A model generated the notes under the pieces. The model searched no databases. It saw only the letters and a list, made by a program, of their open reading frames with translations, and was not told the origin of the DNA. From the NCBI GenBank assembly GCA_963555985.3, contig OY820591.1, forward strand, positions 2,144,001 through 2,208,000: a stretch of DNA of 64,000 nucleotides. The letters run 5' to 3'. Both the position numbers and the translations under genes were made by a program. Positions 8,957 to 18,855 of this stretch are shown piece after piece. The first letter of the stretch is position 1. Each line of letters begins with the position of its first letter. This DNA is from Dehalococcoidia bacterium (GTDB lineage: Bacteria; Chloroflexota; Dehalococcoidia; Bin125).

Positions 8957-9723
8957 CAATCGCCCGCAATCACCCCCGCCAACGCCGACGCCGCGTCCGA
9001 CTCCAAATGATGACCACCCGCGATCTCCACCAACTCCGCATCTCCCAACAACTCCACGTACTGCTGCGCGCACGCCGACGGCACCACCGTGTCCTCCGAC
9101 CCTCGCACGACCAGCGTCTTCACTCGCACGTTCGGCAGCAGATGCGGCAGCGTCTGCGAGTACAGGAAGGGCCGCCACGCCGTCCGCGCCGTCATCTCAC
9201 GATTCGCGTCCCACGCGATCAGCTGCTCCGTACTCGGATCCTCCCCATACAGTTCGTCGAAGTTCGCGGGATCGGCAAAGCAGGACTTCACGTAGTCCGC
9301 GTGCGCCTCGAGGAATTGATCCCGAATCTCCCCCTCATTCGGCTGCAAACCCATTGGATTCACCAGCACCAGACCATCCAGCCGCGCCTGATTGAACGTA
9401 GCCATCTCTACGGCGAGGTACGCGCCGAAACCAAGACCCACCAGGGTCGCCCGATCAACCTCAAGCGCGTCCAGCAGCAGCGACGTCACCGCCGCCAGAT
9501 CACGCACCGAGCGCATCCAGTCCCCCCGCTGCGTCCCGTCCCAGCCGGGCAGCGTGGGCAGGATCACGTCGTGCGTCTGCGACAGCTGCTGATGAAACGC
9601 GAGCCAGCCGGGATTCCCGGTCTCATGGTGGATCACCAGCGCGACCGGTCCCGCTCCGGCCCGCAGCACGCTGATCGGCAAGCCCGCGACTTCAACGGTG
9701 GTTTCGGCTGGAGCGTCTGACAT
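8956..9723 (-). CDS. Alpha/beta hydrolase fold protein (nucleophile Ser absent)
   Basis: PTLPGWDG, LVGLGFGA elbow, VVRGSEDTVVP, GGHH. Confidence 0.85.
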   Translation of the reverse strand: MSDAPAETTVEVAGLPISVLRAGAGPVALVIHHETGNPGWLAFHQQLSQTHDVILPTLPGWDGTQRGDWMRSVRDLAAVTSLLLDALEVDRATLVGLGFGAYLAVEMATFNQARLDGLVLVNPMGLQPNEGEIRDQFLEAHADYVKSCFADPANFDELYGEDPSTEQLIAWDANREMTARTAWRPFLYSQTLPHLLPNVRVKTLVVRGSEDTVVPSACAQQYVELLGDAELVEIAGGHHLESDAASALAGVIAGD

Positions 9724-9857
9724 CTGCCACTCTCGTCTCTGTTCGATCTGACCACGATCTGCGTTCGGTTCCGACGGCATGGTAAGGCAGAAGCCCGGCT
9801 CCCCCGCGCTGATACCCTCGCGGGCAGCGGATCGGCAAGCTGAGGAAGGGCAAGGCC

Positions 9858-12422
9858 ATGGCAGCGACGGCAACCCCGGAGACCCTGAACGTATTGACGG
9901 AAGCGGAAGCGCAGGCGCGAGCGGCGCAGATTTCGGACGTGTCCTACGAGCTCGCCCTGAGCATCCAGGCCGGCTCAGAGACCTACGACGGCGAACTCAC
10001 CGCGCGTTTCAGCCACGCCGCTCCGGCGGACGGCACCTTCCTCGAATGCACCTCCAAGACAATTCACTCGCTCAGCGTGAACGGCGCAGCCGCTGACGTC
10101 CGCCACGAGCGCAACCGCCTCTACCTGGATGGCGCGTCGCTCGCGGCTGAGAACGAGGTCGTGATCTCCTACACCAACGACTACGACCACATCGGCGCCG
10201 GGCTGCACCAGTTCGTCGATCCCGAAGACGACCGCGAGTACCTCTACACCCACTTCGAGCCGTATGACGCTCACCGCCTCCTCCCCTGCTTCGACCAGCC
10301 CGACATCAAGGCGACCCTCGATCTCACCGTGACCGCGCCCTCCGAATGGCAGGTCGTCGCCAACTATCCGCCGACAGAATCGAACCCAGCCGAACAAGGC
10401 CGAACACGGCACGCCTTCACCACCACGCCGCGCATCTCTACCTATCTGTTCGCGCTGGTGGCCGGGCCGTACGTCCGCTTCGAGGATGCCTGGGAAGACG
10501 TCTCGCTCGGAGTCCTCTGCCGCGAGTCGATCGCGCCACACTTCGACGCGGACGAGTTCTTCGAGGTCACCCGCCAGGGTCTGACCTTCTTCTCCGACTT
10601 CTTCGACTTCCGCTACCCCTTCGACAAGTACGACCAGGTATTCGTGCCCGAATTCAACATGGGCGCGATGGAGAACGTCGGCTGTATCACCTTCTCTGAG
10701 CGCATGATCTTCCGCGACCCTCCGACCGAGTTGCAGCGTCTCAACCGGGCTGAGGTCGTGCTCCACGAGATGGCCCATATGTGGTTCGGCGATCTCGTCA
10801 CGATGCGTTGGTGGAACGACCTCTGGCTGAACGAGTCGTTCGCCACCTACATGGCCTACCTCTCGATGGAACACGCCACCCGCTGGTCGAATTCCGCCTG
10901 GTCCGCCTTCCACGCGCGGATGAAGGCCTGGGCTTACGAGCAGGATCAGCTCCCGACCACCCACCCGATCGCGGGCGAAGTGCCCGACACCGACGCCACC
11001 TTCCTCAACTTCGACGGGATCACCTACGGCAAGGGCGCAGCCGTGCTCAAGCAACTCGTCGCCTTCCTCGGCGCGGACGGCTTCCGCGAGGGGATGCGCG
11101 ACTACTTCCGCACCCACGCCTGGGGCAATACGACCCTCGCCGACTTCCTCGCCGCGCTCGAACGCGGCTCCGGCCGCGAACTCGGGCGCTGGTCGGAGGC
11201 CTGGCTCGAAACCGCCGGCGTCAACACGATCGCGCCCCAGTGGGATGTGGCCGAAGGCGCGGTCAACTCCTTCACGATCCAGCAGACCGCTCCGGCCGAT
11301 CACCCAACCCTGCGCCCTCATCGCACCGAAATCGCCGTCTACGACCGCGCGGACGACGGCCCGCAATTGCGCGACGCCCAGCCCGTCGACATCGACGGTG
11401 CAGCCACCATCATCGAGGAGCTCTCCGGCGCGCCCGCGCCCGCAGCCGTCTTCCCCAATCACGACGACCACGCCTTCGCCAAGATCGCCCTCGACCAACG
11501 CTCGCTCGAATTCGTCCAAGCCGAACTCGATCGCTTCCCCGACAGCTTCCAGCGCCTCCTGCTCTGGCACACGCTCTGGGACATGGTCCGCGACCAACAA
11601 TTCTCCGCAGCCGACTACGCCTCCCTCTGCACCGAGAAGCTGGCCGCCGAAGACACCCTGGAGATCGCCCAAACCGTCGCCTACAACGCGCTCCACGCCG
11701 TCGGCTCGTATCTGCCCGAGGCGATGCGGCTCGACAGCGCCGCCCAGCTCTACCAGTTCGCCCGCGCTCAGCTCTTCGCCGCGACCGAGCCGGACTTCCG
11801 CATCATGTGGTCGCGCGTGATGATTGGCGCGGCGCAGAACGTCGAGCACATCAACGAGGCGCTGCAACTGGTCGACGAAGGCACCGGCATTGACGGCTAC
11901 GAACTCGATCAGGACATGCGCTGGTCGCTGATCACCAAGGCCACCGCCTACGGAATTCCAGGAGGCTTCGAGCGCCTGGAGGCCGAATTGGAGCGCGACG
12001 GCTCCGACCGCGGCCGCCGCGCCGCCGAACAAATCCGAACCTCGCGCCCCGACCCCGAAGTCAAAGCCGCCGCCTGGACTCGCTACCAGGAAGACGCCGA
12101 GACCTCCCTGCAAATGCTCACCGCCTCCATGCACGGCTTCTGGTGGCGTCCCCAGGCGGAGCTCCTGGAGAGCTACACCGATCGCTTCTTCAATGAAATC
12201 CGCAGCGTCTTCGACAAGCGCGACAAGGAGTACGCCTCCCGCTTCTTCGGCGCTCTCTACCCGGGCCAGATGTCCCCCTCGGACATCGTGATTGACCGCT
12301 CCGAAGCCCTCCTCGCCGAGCTCGGAGGCGACCTCGTGATCCTCTCCCGCCCCCTCCGAGAAGCCCTCGACGAAGCCCGCCGCGCCCGAGCCTGCCAAGA
12401 GTTCGCCGCCGCCAATGCCTAG
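9858..12422 (+). CDS. pepN: Aminopeptidase N (M1 family)
   Basis: GAMEN, HEMAHMWFG..LWLNESFA, FDGITYGKG. Confidence 0.97.
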   Translation: MAATATPETLNVLTEAEAQARAAQISDVSYELALSIQAGSETYDGELTARFSHAAPADGTFLECTSKTIHSLSVNGAAADVRHERNRLYLDGASLAAENEVVISYTNDYDHIGAGLHQFVDPEDDREYLYTHFEPYDAHRLLPCFDQPDIKATLDLTVTAPSEWQVVANYPPTESNPAEQGRTRHAFTTTPRISTYLFALVAGPYVRFEDAWEDVSLGVLCRESIAPHFDADEFFEVTRQGLTFFSDFFDFRYPFDKYDQVFVPEFNMGAMENVGCITFSERMIFRDPPTELQRLNRAEVVLHEMAHMWFGDLVTMRWWNDLWLNESFATYMAYLSMEHATRWSNSAWSAFHARMKAWAYEQDQLPTTHPIAGEVPDTDATFLNFDGITYGKGAAVLKQLVAFLGADGFREGMRDYFRTHAWGNTTLADFLAALERGSGRELGRWSEAWLETAGVNTIAPQWDVAEGAVNSFTIQQTAPADHPTLRPHRTEIAVYDRADDGPQLRDAQPVDIDGAATIIEELSGAPAPAAVFPNHDDHAFAKIALDQRSLEFVQAELDRFPDSFQRLLLWHTLWDMVRDQQFSAADYASLCTEKLAAEDTLEIAQTVAYNALHAVGSYLPEAMRLDSAAQLYQFARAQLFAATEPDFRIMWSRVMIGAAQNVEHINEALQLVDEGTGIDGYELDQDMRWSLITKATAYGIPGGFERLEAELERDGSDRGRRAAEQIRTSRPDPEVKAAAWTRYQEDAETSLQMLTASMHGFWWRPQAELLESYTDRFFNEIRSVFDKRDKEYASRFFGALYPGQMSPSDIVIDRSEALLAELGGDLVILSRPLREALDEARRARACQEFAAANA

Positions 12423-12429
12423 CAGCGCG

Positions 12430-12712
12430 TCTCTCCCTCCTCCCCCTTGAGGAGACCTGCGCGTAATCCCAAATTCCGTCATTCCCGCGCAGGCGGGAAT
12501 CCATGCAGCGCGTCTAGCGGCATCTGGATTCCCGCTTGCGCAGACCGTCGCAACCCCCACTTCCGTCATTCCTGCGTAGGCAGGAATCTCGAACCTCCCA
12601 AGTATGAAGCCACTCCCAATCTGGTCGTACCACCAACCCTCACATCACGCGATCCGATCCTCCAAGCTCCAACGCACCCACAAGATCCTGCCCCCGCGAA
12701 GACGGGAGTCAG
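12430..12712. repeat. Nested REP/MITE cluster
   Basis: CTCCCCC-TTGA-GGAGACCTGCGCGTAAT end, GTCATTCCCGCGCAGGCGGGAATCC hairpin, second end GCAGACCGTCGCAAC at 12540 inside the next hairpin loop. Confidence 0.8.
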
Positions 12713-12771
12713 AGAGGACGAAAACACCCCACCAAGAACCACCCACCACGATCGCATACCCTAGCCACGTT

Positions 12772-13644
12772 ATGCAAAGCTTCGTCGCCCTCGACGTAGA
12801 GACCGCAAACCCCAACTTCGCCTCGATCTGCGCGGTCGGCGCAGCTCGATTCGACGACGGTGCAGTGGTCGATCAGCTCTACCAGCTGGTCGATCCGCGC
12901 GACGTGTTCGGCGCGCAACACGTCCGCATTCACGGAATTCAAGCCACCGACGTGATCGGACAGCCAGTGTTCCGCGAAATCGCCCCGGAACTGGAAACGT
13001 TCGTCAACGGCAGCGTCGTAGTCCACCACGGACACTTCGACCGCAACGCGATTACGCAAGCGTCGCAGCGCTGGAAGCTGCCGCCGCCGCGTTGGGACTG
13101 GCTCGATTCGGCCCAGACCGCACGGCGAGCCTGGCCCCAGTTCGCGCAACGAGATTACAACCTGGTCAACGTGTGCCGAACAATCGGCTACGAGTTCCAG
13201 CATCACAATGCGCTTGAGGACGCGAAAGCGGCGGGCGAGGTGGTGTTGGCCGCCTCGCGGCGCTTGGGCGTGGAGAGCTTGGCTGCGCTGGCGCAGGCCT
13301 GCGATCATACGCCGGTGCTGACTCGTCCGCCCGAGTGGCAGCGCGGACTCTGGCCGGAGCATGATCAACGCCTGCGCGGGCAGGTCGTCGTCTTCGCCTC
13401 CGACGTGGAGCCGGCCCGCCGCGAGCGGATGATCGAGTCGATTCGGCTGCATGGCGCTGAAGTCTTGGGCAAGCTCTCGAAGCGTGTGACGCTCCTGGTC
13501 GTGAGCGATCAAGCCTTGCGCACGAATCGCGCCTCCGCACGGAGCAGCCAGCACCGCCGCGCCGAGCAGTGGATCCGGGACGGGCATCAGATTCGGATCG
13601 TGGCCGAAACCACGCTGGCGCTCGAACTGAAAGGACGGCGCTGA
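12772..13644 (+). CDS. DEDDh 3'-5' exonuclease (DnaQ-like) with C-terminal BRCT-like domain
   Basis: FVALDVETAN, HHGHFD, HHNALEDA; C-terminal LRGQVVVF..SKRVTLLVV. Confidence 0.88.
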   Translation: MQSFVALDVETANPNFASICAVGAARFDDGAVVDQLYQLVDPRDVFGAQHVRIHGIQATDVIGQPVFREIAPELETFVNGSVVVHHGHFDRNAITQASQRWKLPPPRWDWLDSAQTARRAWPQFAQRDYNLVNVCRTIGYEFQHHNALEDAKAAGEVVLAASRRLGVESLAALAQACDHTPVLTRPPEWQRGLWPEHDQRLRGQVVVFASDVEPARRERMIESIRLHGAEVLGKLSKRVTLLVVSDQALRTNRASARSSQHRRAEQWIRDGHQIRIVAETTLALELKGRR

Positions 13645-13645
13645 G

Positions 13646-14434
13646 ATGACACAGCCGATCCGCATCTCCGCCTGCTACACCTACCCCGTCAAAGGCATGA
13701 CCGCCCACTCCGTGGACTCCCTCCAACTCCAACCCGGACAGTCCGTGCTGGGCGACCGCGCCTTCGTCTTCGCTTTCGGCAACGCCGAGGTCATCGGCGC
13801 ACACGGCTGGGTCTCCAAGCGTCAGTCGGTCACGATGCTCAACACGCCCTACTTGGCGCTGGTCGAAGCCGGTTGGGACCCCGGCGAGCGCGTGCTCTCG
13901 ATCAGCCTGCGCGGACAATCCAAGTCCGCCCAGGTCGACGATCCCGCCGCCCGCGTCGAGATCGCCGAATGGTTCACCAACGTAGTACTCGGACTACCAG
14001 AAAATCCCCTCCGCGGCCGCCCCGAACGCGAACCCCTGCGCCTGCTCGGAGACGGCGAAAGCCGCTTCACCGACCGCGGCCCCACCCAAATCTCACTCGG
14101 AGCCTCCTCGTCCCTGGCCGATCTGTCCCGGCACGCCGGCGTAGACGTCGACTTCCGCCGCTTCCGCCTCAACTTTGAGGTGGACGATATCGACGCCTGG
14201 GGCGAAATGGACTGGGTCGGCAAACAAGCCCAAATCGGAGCCGACGTAGTCATCGACGTCACCGCCCCGATCCAGCGCTGCAACGCCATCAACGCCTCCC
14301 CCGTCGGAGCCGGCCGCGATGTAGAGCTGATGCAAGTCCTCCAACGCGCGTACGGACACCTCAACTTCGGCATCGAAGCCAACGTCCTCAAAGGCGGCGC
14401 CATCTCCGTCGGCGACGAAATCGTGCTCGCCTAA
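13646..14434 (+). CDS. MOSC domain protein
   Basis: YPVKG, DRAF, RRFRLNF, IQRC, FGI..V..GGAISVGD. Confidence 0.9.
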   Translation: MTQPIRISACYTYPVKGMTAHSVDSLQLQPGQSVLGDRAFVFAFGNAEVIGAHGWVSKRQSVTMLNTPYLALVEAGWDPGERVLSISLRGQSKSAQVDDPAARVEIAEWFTNVVLGLPENPLRGRPEREPLRLLGDGESRFTDRGPTQISLGASSSLADLSRHAGVDVDFRRFRLNFEVDDIDAWGEMDWVGKQAQIGADVVIDVTAPIQRCNAINASPVGAGRDVELMQVLQRAYGHLNFGIEANVLKGGAISVGDEIVLA

Positions 14435-14468
14435 CACGCCCTCATTCACTTCCCAACAACTCCTTGAT

Positions 14469-14508
14469 CTCCCCCTTGAGGGGGAGATGCCGGAGGCAGA
14501 GGGGGTGA
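14469..14508. repeat. REP-like double hairpin, empty form (CTCCCCCTTGAGGGGGAGATGCCGGAGGCAGAGGGGG)
   Basis: Same hairpin that carries a MITE at 45910-46125. Confidence 0.8.
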
Positions 14509-14587
14509 AACGCCGCACTCCGCTCTACGAAGCCGCTAACCCAAACTGTCACCCTTGCAACACCCCGACCAACCCGGTCCCGCCACA

Positions 14588-14608
14588 GAACACCAGTACA
14601 TATAAGAT
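14588..14608 (+). promoter_or_regulatory. LexA/SOS-like box GAAC-ACCA-GTAC next to -10 TAAGAT
   Basis: Box at 14588-14599, -10 at 14603-14608, upstream of small ORF 14651. Confidence 0.5.
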
Positions 14609-14650
14609 CGACCGCAGCCAACGCCGCACCCACAACCAACGGAACCCGCC

Positions 14651-14833
14651 ATGACCGCAGCAACAGACCTGGACAAACCTGGACTCGCATCTCAATTCCG
14701 CTCAAAACACCCTCGAAATCTAGCCGGATCTGGACGGATCTGGACTTTTCCGGACTACCTGCCGCCGAATTCCCCGCCCACGACGGCAAATTCGCCCCGT
14801 CCAACCACAAATCCCGCGACCGGCCCTACCTGA
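14651..14833 (+). other. Small ORF or remnant with 10-bp periodic GGAC motifs
   Basis: GGAC at 14671/14681 and 14732/14742/14752; SGRIWT peptide similar to ORF 63301. Confidence 0.35.
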
Positions 14834-14873
14834 CCAACCCTTGCCCGACCCGAGCAGGCTCTAGGCTGTCGGC

Positions 14874-15629
14874 ATGGAGCGGTTTCCGGAGCAGTCCTGG
14901 GACCCGTGCGACCCGCGCACGGAGGAGCGGCTGCTGACTGCAACCGTCACCGACGGCGCCCGCATCCCCTACGCCTCCAACTACGTCTTCCTGCTCGAAC
15001 TCTCCCACCCCGGCGCCGACGCGCTCGGCTACGCCGTCTACAAACCCGCCAAAGGCGAAAACCCGCTCTGGGATTTCCCCGCCAACCTCTACCGCCGCGA
15101 AGTCGCCGCCTACCGCCTCTCCGAAGCGCTCGGCTGGGCCCTCATTCCCCCAACGGTCGAACGCGCCGACGGTCTCGAATACGGCGTCGGCTCGCTCCAG
15201 GCCTACGTCCCCACCGACTATCGCCGCACCTTCTTCGAACTCCGCGACGACTACGCCGAGGTGATGCGCCGCTTCGCCCTCTTCGACTGGCTCGCCAACA
15301 ACGCCGACCGCAAGGGCGGACACGTTCTCCTCGGAGCAGGCGACCACCTCTGGGGCATCGACAACGGCCTCTGCTTCCACGTCGACGAGAAGCTCCGAAC
15401 CGTGATCTGGGACTACGCCGGAGAGCCGATCCCACCCGAGCAGTTGGCCGACGTCGAGCGTCTCCTCACCGAGCTCGCAACCAGCGGCTCCGCCCACACG
15501 CGGCTCTCCGGCCTGCTCAGCGACGATGAGCTCGGTCTCCTCGCCGCCCGCGCCAAGCGCGCCTTGGAGCATGGTTGCTTGCCGGAACCGCCTGCCGGCC
15601 GCCGCTCCTACCCCTGGCCGCTGGTCTGA
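14874..15629 (+). CDS. SCO1664 family protein (PI3/4-kinase-like fold)
   Basis: VYKP..GENPLWDFP..REVAAY, NNADRKGGH, IDNGLCF, RSYPWP. Confidence 0.9.
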   Translation: MERFPEQSWDPCDPRTEERLLTATVTDGARIPYASNYVFLLELSHPGADALGYAVYKPAKGENPLWDFPANLYRREVAAYRLSEALGWALIPPTVERADGLEYGVGSLQAYVPTDYRRTFFELRDDYAEVMRRFALFDWLANNADRKGGHVLLGAGDHLWGIDNGLCFHVDEKLRTVIWDYAGEPIPPEQLADVERLLTELATSGSAHTRLSGLLSDDELGLLAARAKRALEHGCLPEPPAGRRSYPWPLV

Positions 15630-16174
15630 CCCACACGCCGTCGCACCCACGAGAGCGCAACGCTCGCTCCCACCGCAAACGCGCCTGCGAGCGCATTGAA
15701 GAGCATGTCGGTCGGATCGAAAACGCGGCTCGGAATAACCGCCTGCACGCCCTCGTCGAGCAGGCCGAGCGCGGCTGTCGCCAGGATCGCGAGGAGCGGC
15801 GGAGCGACAACGCGACCGCCTTGCGACTTGCGCTCGGACAGCGCCTCGTAGACCAACACTCCCAGCACCCCGAACTCGATCAGGTGCGAGCGCTCCGCGA
15901 GCGTCAGGCGCAGGAGCACCAGCAGGTAAACCGCTGCCAGTCCCAGCCAGAGGGCGACCTCCACGCCTCTCGGCCGCGCCCGTACGCCCTGGGCCAAGAC
16001 CGTCGCGCCAACGAGCGCGATCATGCCCGCGAACAACGCCGCCTCCAGCAGCCTCCGCTCTCCCAACACATCCACCAACACGCCGGCCAGACCAAGCGTC
16101 GAGAAGATCGCCGCCACGACCGCCAGCACCCACAGCCACAAGCGCCGCTCGCGGCGGCTGCGAAAGATCGGCAC
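15608..16174 (-). CDS. VanZ-like membrane protein
   Basis: ERSHLIEFGVLG, LLDEGVQ..PSRVFDPTDMLFN; multiple TM segments. Confidence 0.8.
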   Translation of the reverse strand: MPIFRSRRERRLWLWVLAVVAAIFSTLGLAGVLVDVLGERRLLEAALFAGMIALVGATVLAQGVRARPRGVEVALWLGLAAVYLLVLLRLTLAERSHLIEFGVLGVLVYEALSERKSQGGRVVAPPLLAILATAALGLLDEGVQAVIPSRVFDPTDMLFNALAGAFAVGASVALSWVRRRVGQTSGQG

Positions 16175-16181
16175 CCGAGCC

Positions 16182-18584
16182 CTAATCGTTGCTGGACCCG
16201 AACGCGCCGCGAGCGATCAGCACCGGCGCCGTCGGAACATCCGATGTAACCCCGGACTCATACAACTCCGCAATCCGCGCTTCGGAGTAGCCCAACTCCC
16301 GCAAGACCTCGCGGTTGTGCTCCGCAAAGCGCGGAGCCGCCCGCCGAATCGAGGCGGGAGTGCGGCTGAACCGCCAGGGCCAGCTCGGGAACGGGTAGAC
16401 GCCGATGACCGAGTGGTCGATCCAGCGATAGAACCCGCTTGCGTGGATGTGCGGATCGTGCAGCACCTGCCAGTTCGCCAAAATCGGCGCAGCCGAGATG
16501 TTCGCTCCTTGCAGCGCTCGCACTGCCTCATATTGCTCCCGCTCGCTCGTCCAGGCGGCAATCGCCGCATCAAGCTCGTCATGGCGAGCGCGGCGTCCCT
16601 CGAGGCTGGCGAGGGACGAGTCCTCCGCCAGATCGGGACGCTCAATCAACTCACACAGCGAAACCCAATCGGCGTCGGTCTGAACGCTGAGCGCGATCCA
16701 GACATCCTCACCCATCGCCCGGTACGCCCCCTGCGGCGCAAAGCGAGCGTCGCGATTGGCGTTGGGCTGCCGAACTGCGCCGCTCACCTGGTACTCCATC
16801 AGCGCCTCGAAAAAGTAGGCCGCCCCCGCCTCGTTGAGGGCAATGTCGATGTACTGACCCTCGCCCGACCGTTCGCGCTGCTCCAGCGCGGCCAGAATCG
16901 CCGCCGTAGCGTGATTGCCCGAGACTGGATCCGCGTAGAACAGCGGCGTCCGCCGCACCTGATCCGGCTGATATCCCGTCACCGACGCCAAGCCCGAGGA
17001 CGCCTCGATATTCGACCCGTACGCAGACCAGTCGCGCCACGGCCCCGTCGCGCCGAAACCCGACATCGAGACGTAGATCAGACGCGGGTTGTGCGCACGC
17101 ACGATCTCCTGATCGAGACGAAGATTGGGCATCACCCGCGCCGAGTTGTTCTCAACGAAGACATCGGCCTCGCTGATCAAGTCCAGGAAGACGGCTTTCC
17201 CGTCCTCGGTCGAGAGGTCGACAATCAGGTCGCGCTTGTTCCGGTTGAGCAGGTTGAAATACATCGCTCGGTCATACGGATAGCGCTGCGGATCCTGCGT
17301 CGGGCCGGGCATGAACAGCGCCCGCGTCGCCGGACGCGCGGCCCATTCCAGCTTGATCACGTCCGCGCCTAAGTCGCCCAGGTGCCGCCCCACGATCGGA
17401 CCGGCCCAGTTGCTGGTCAGTTCGACCACGCGCAGCCCCTGCAAGGGCAATTCCGTGGTCGCCATCGCGGGCGGCGGAGCCGGCCGCGGCGTGTCCGCGA
17501 ATTCCTGTCGAATCGCCGCCGTGTGCTCCCCCAGCGCGGGGGCCGGCCCCTGTCGGCAGGCCGGAGTGTCCGAAAGCAGGTAAGCGGGGCCGGGAAAACG
17601 CAGCTCGCCCAGCGCTTGATCCTCCCCCGCCTCCCACCAGTCTCGCGCGCCCAACTGGATGTTCTCGTCCAACCCCTTTGCATCCAACACCGGGGTGCAC
17701 GCGATTCGCAGCTCCTGCGCCAGCGTCGCCACTTCCTCCGCGCCATAATCCCGCGCCCAAACCTCCACATCTCGATACAGTTCGCCGAGCTGAGCTTGCC
17801 AGGCGTCAATGCTGGTCAGTTCGACTTGCTCCATTCGCTCCGGCTGATCGATCAACAGGAATACGTTCGGATTCGGTACCGCCCGCATGAACAGCGCCCA
17901 CCCGTCCCGCGTCTTGGTGAAATCGTGCGGCGAGCGATTGAGCGCAATCCCGCTCGCGATCCAGGACGAGATCAACCACGCATGAGCCGACAGGTTCGCC
18001 TCCAGCGCATTCAGCGCCACTCGCTGGCCGTGACCGGATCGCCTGCGTTCGCGCACCGCCGTCAGCGCCGCGATCGCCGCATGAACTCCAAGGTGCAGCT
18101 GACTCTGACCGCCGGGCAACATCAGCGGCTCCCGCCCGGGATCGCCGGTGAAGAACATGTACCCGCCCATCGCCCAAGTCGCGATCTCCGAACCGCGCCA
18201 CTTGGCGTACGGCCCCTCCTCTCCCCAATCGGAGAGCGACACCTCGATCACGCGCTCCGGCAAGCGAGCGGGCAGATCGTTCCGCCAGGGCGAGCCATCG
18301 TCGGCAATCAGCACATCGGCTCGCCGCAGCAGCAGATCGAGCAGCTGCCGCGCGTCGGCATGATCGGTGGGAACCACCGATTCTTTGCCCGCTCCCAGAT
18401 GTGCAAACGGCCCGCCCCAGGCAGCGTCATCCGGCGCATTCCAACGGCGAAGCGAAGAAGGTTCGCTCGCTTCCAGCATGATCACGCGCGCGCCCAGGTC
18501 GGCGAGCAGTTTCGATGCGTACGCACCGGCGAGTTCGGTAGAAAGATCGAGCACAACCAGAGCGTCAAGAGCTGTGACAGACAT
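16182..18584 (-). CDS. Two-domain CoA-transferase family III
   Basis: Two CaiB repeats (LADLGARVI / LGDLGADVIK); Asp in FYADPVSG of the C-terminal domain. Confidence 0.92.
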   Translation of the reverse strand: MSVTALDALVVLDLSTELAGAYASKLLADLGARVIMLEASEPSSLRRWNAPDDAAWGGPFAHLGAGKESVVPTDHADARQLLDLLLRRADVLIADDGSPWRNDLPARLPERVIEVSLSDWGEEGPYAKWRGSEIATWAMGGYMFFTGDPGREPLMLPGGQSQLHLGVHAAIAALTAVRERRRSGHGQRVALNALEANLSAHAWLISSWIASGIALNRSPHDFTKTRDGWALFMRAVPNPNVFLLIDQPERMEQVELTSIDAWQAQLGELYRDVEVWARDYGAEEVATLAQELRIACTPVLDAKGLDENIQLGARDWWEAGEDQALGELRFPGPAYLLSDTPACRQGPAPALGEHTAAIRQEFADTPRPAPPPAMATTELPLQGLRVVELTSNWAGPIVGRHLGDLGADVIKLEWAARPATRALFMPGPTQDPQRYPYDRAMYFNLLNRNKRDLIVDLSTEDGKAVFLDLISEADVFVENNSARVMPNLRLDQEIVRAHNPRLIYVSMSGFGATGPWRDWSAYGSNIEASSGLASVTGYQPDQVRRTPLFYADPVSGNHATAAILAALEQRERSGEGQYIDIALNEAGAAYFFEALMEYQVSGAVRQPNANRDARFAPQGAYRAMGEDVWIALSVQTDADWVSLCELIERPDLAEDSSLASLEGRRARHDELDAAIAAWTSEREQYEAVRALQGANISAAPILANWQVLHDPHIHASGFYRWIDHSVIGVYPFPSWPWRFSRTPASIRRAAPRFAEHNREVLRELGYSEARIAELYESGVTSDVPTAPVLIARGAFGSSND

Positions 18585-18648
18585 GGCAATACCCCCAAAT
18601 GCGCAGGGAGTGTAACTGGCTAAGATGGAGTCGGAGGAGGGCGCTCCG

Positions 18649-18855
18649 ATGACCACGGAAGCGAGCGATCAACAGAACCGGCAAGTAGGCGGCCGGAATG
18701 GGCAATCGGAACTCTCGCCTATAGACGAGGTGAACCGAATCGTTGACGAGGCGTTCGCCAACGTGCCCAGGGAAGTGATGGCGCGGATGAGGCCGGAGAT
18801 GGTTCGGTATCTCAATGAGAAAGCTGGGTTCAATTCCGACGGTAACCCGAAGTGA
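18649..18855 (+). CDS. Putative antitoxin
   Basis: Strong SD GGAGGAGG; IVDEAFANVPREV motif; stop overlaps the PIN start (GTGA). Confidence 0.7.
   Translation: MTTEASDQQNRQVGGRNGQSELSPIDEVNRIVDEAFANVPREVMARMRPEMVRYLNEKAGFNSDGNPK

Noticed and set aside
9975-12569. Long antisense or alternate-frame ORFs (e.g. 9975-12569, 46123-47898, 16023-17372, 42158-43264)
   Set aside because: They are shadows of well-supported genes in GC-rich DNA and carry no motifs.
12604-12771. N-terminal extension of the exonuclease
   Set aside because: It runs through repeat-derived low-complexity DNA; the ExoI motif begins right after ATG 12772.
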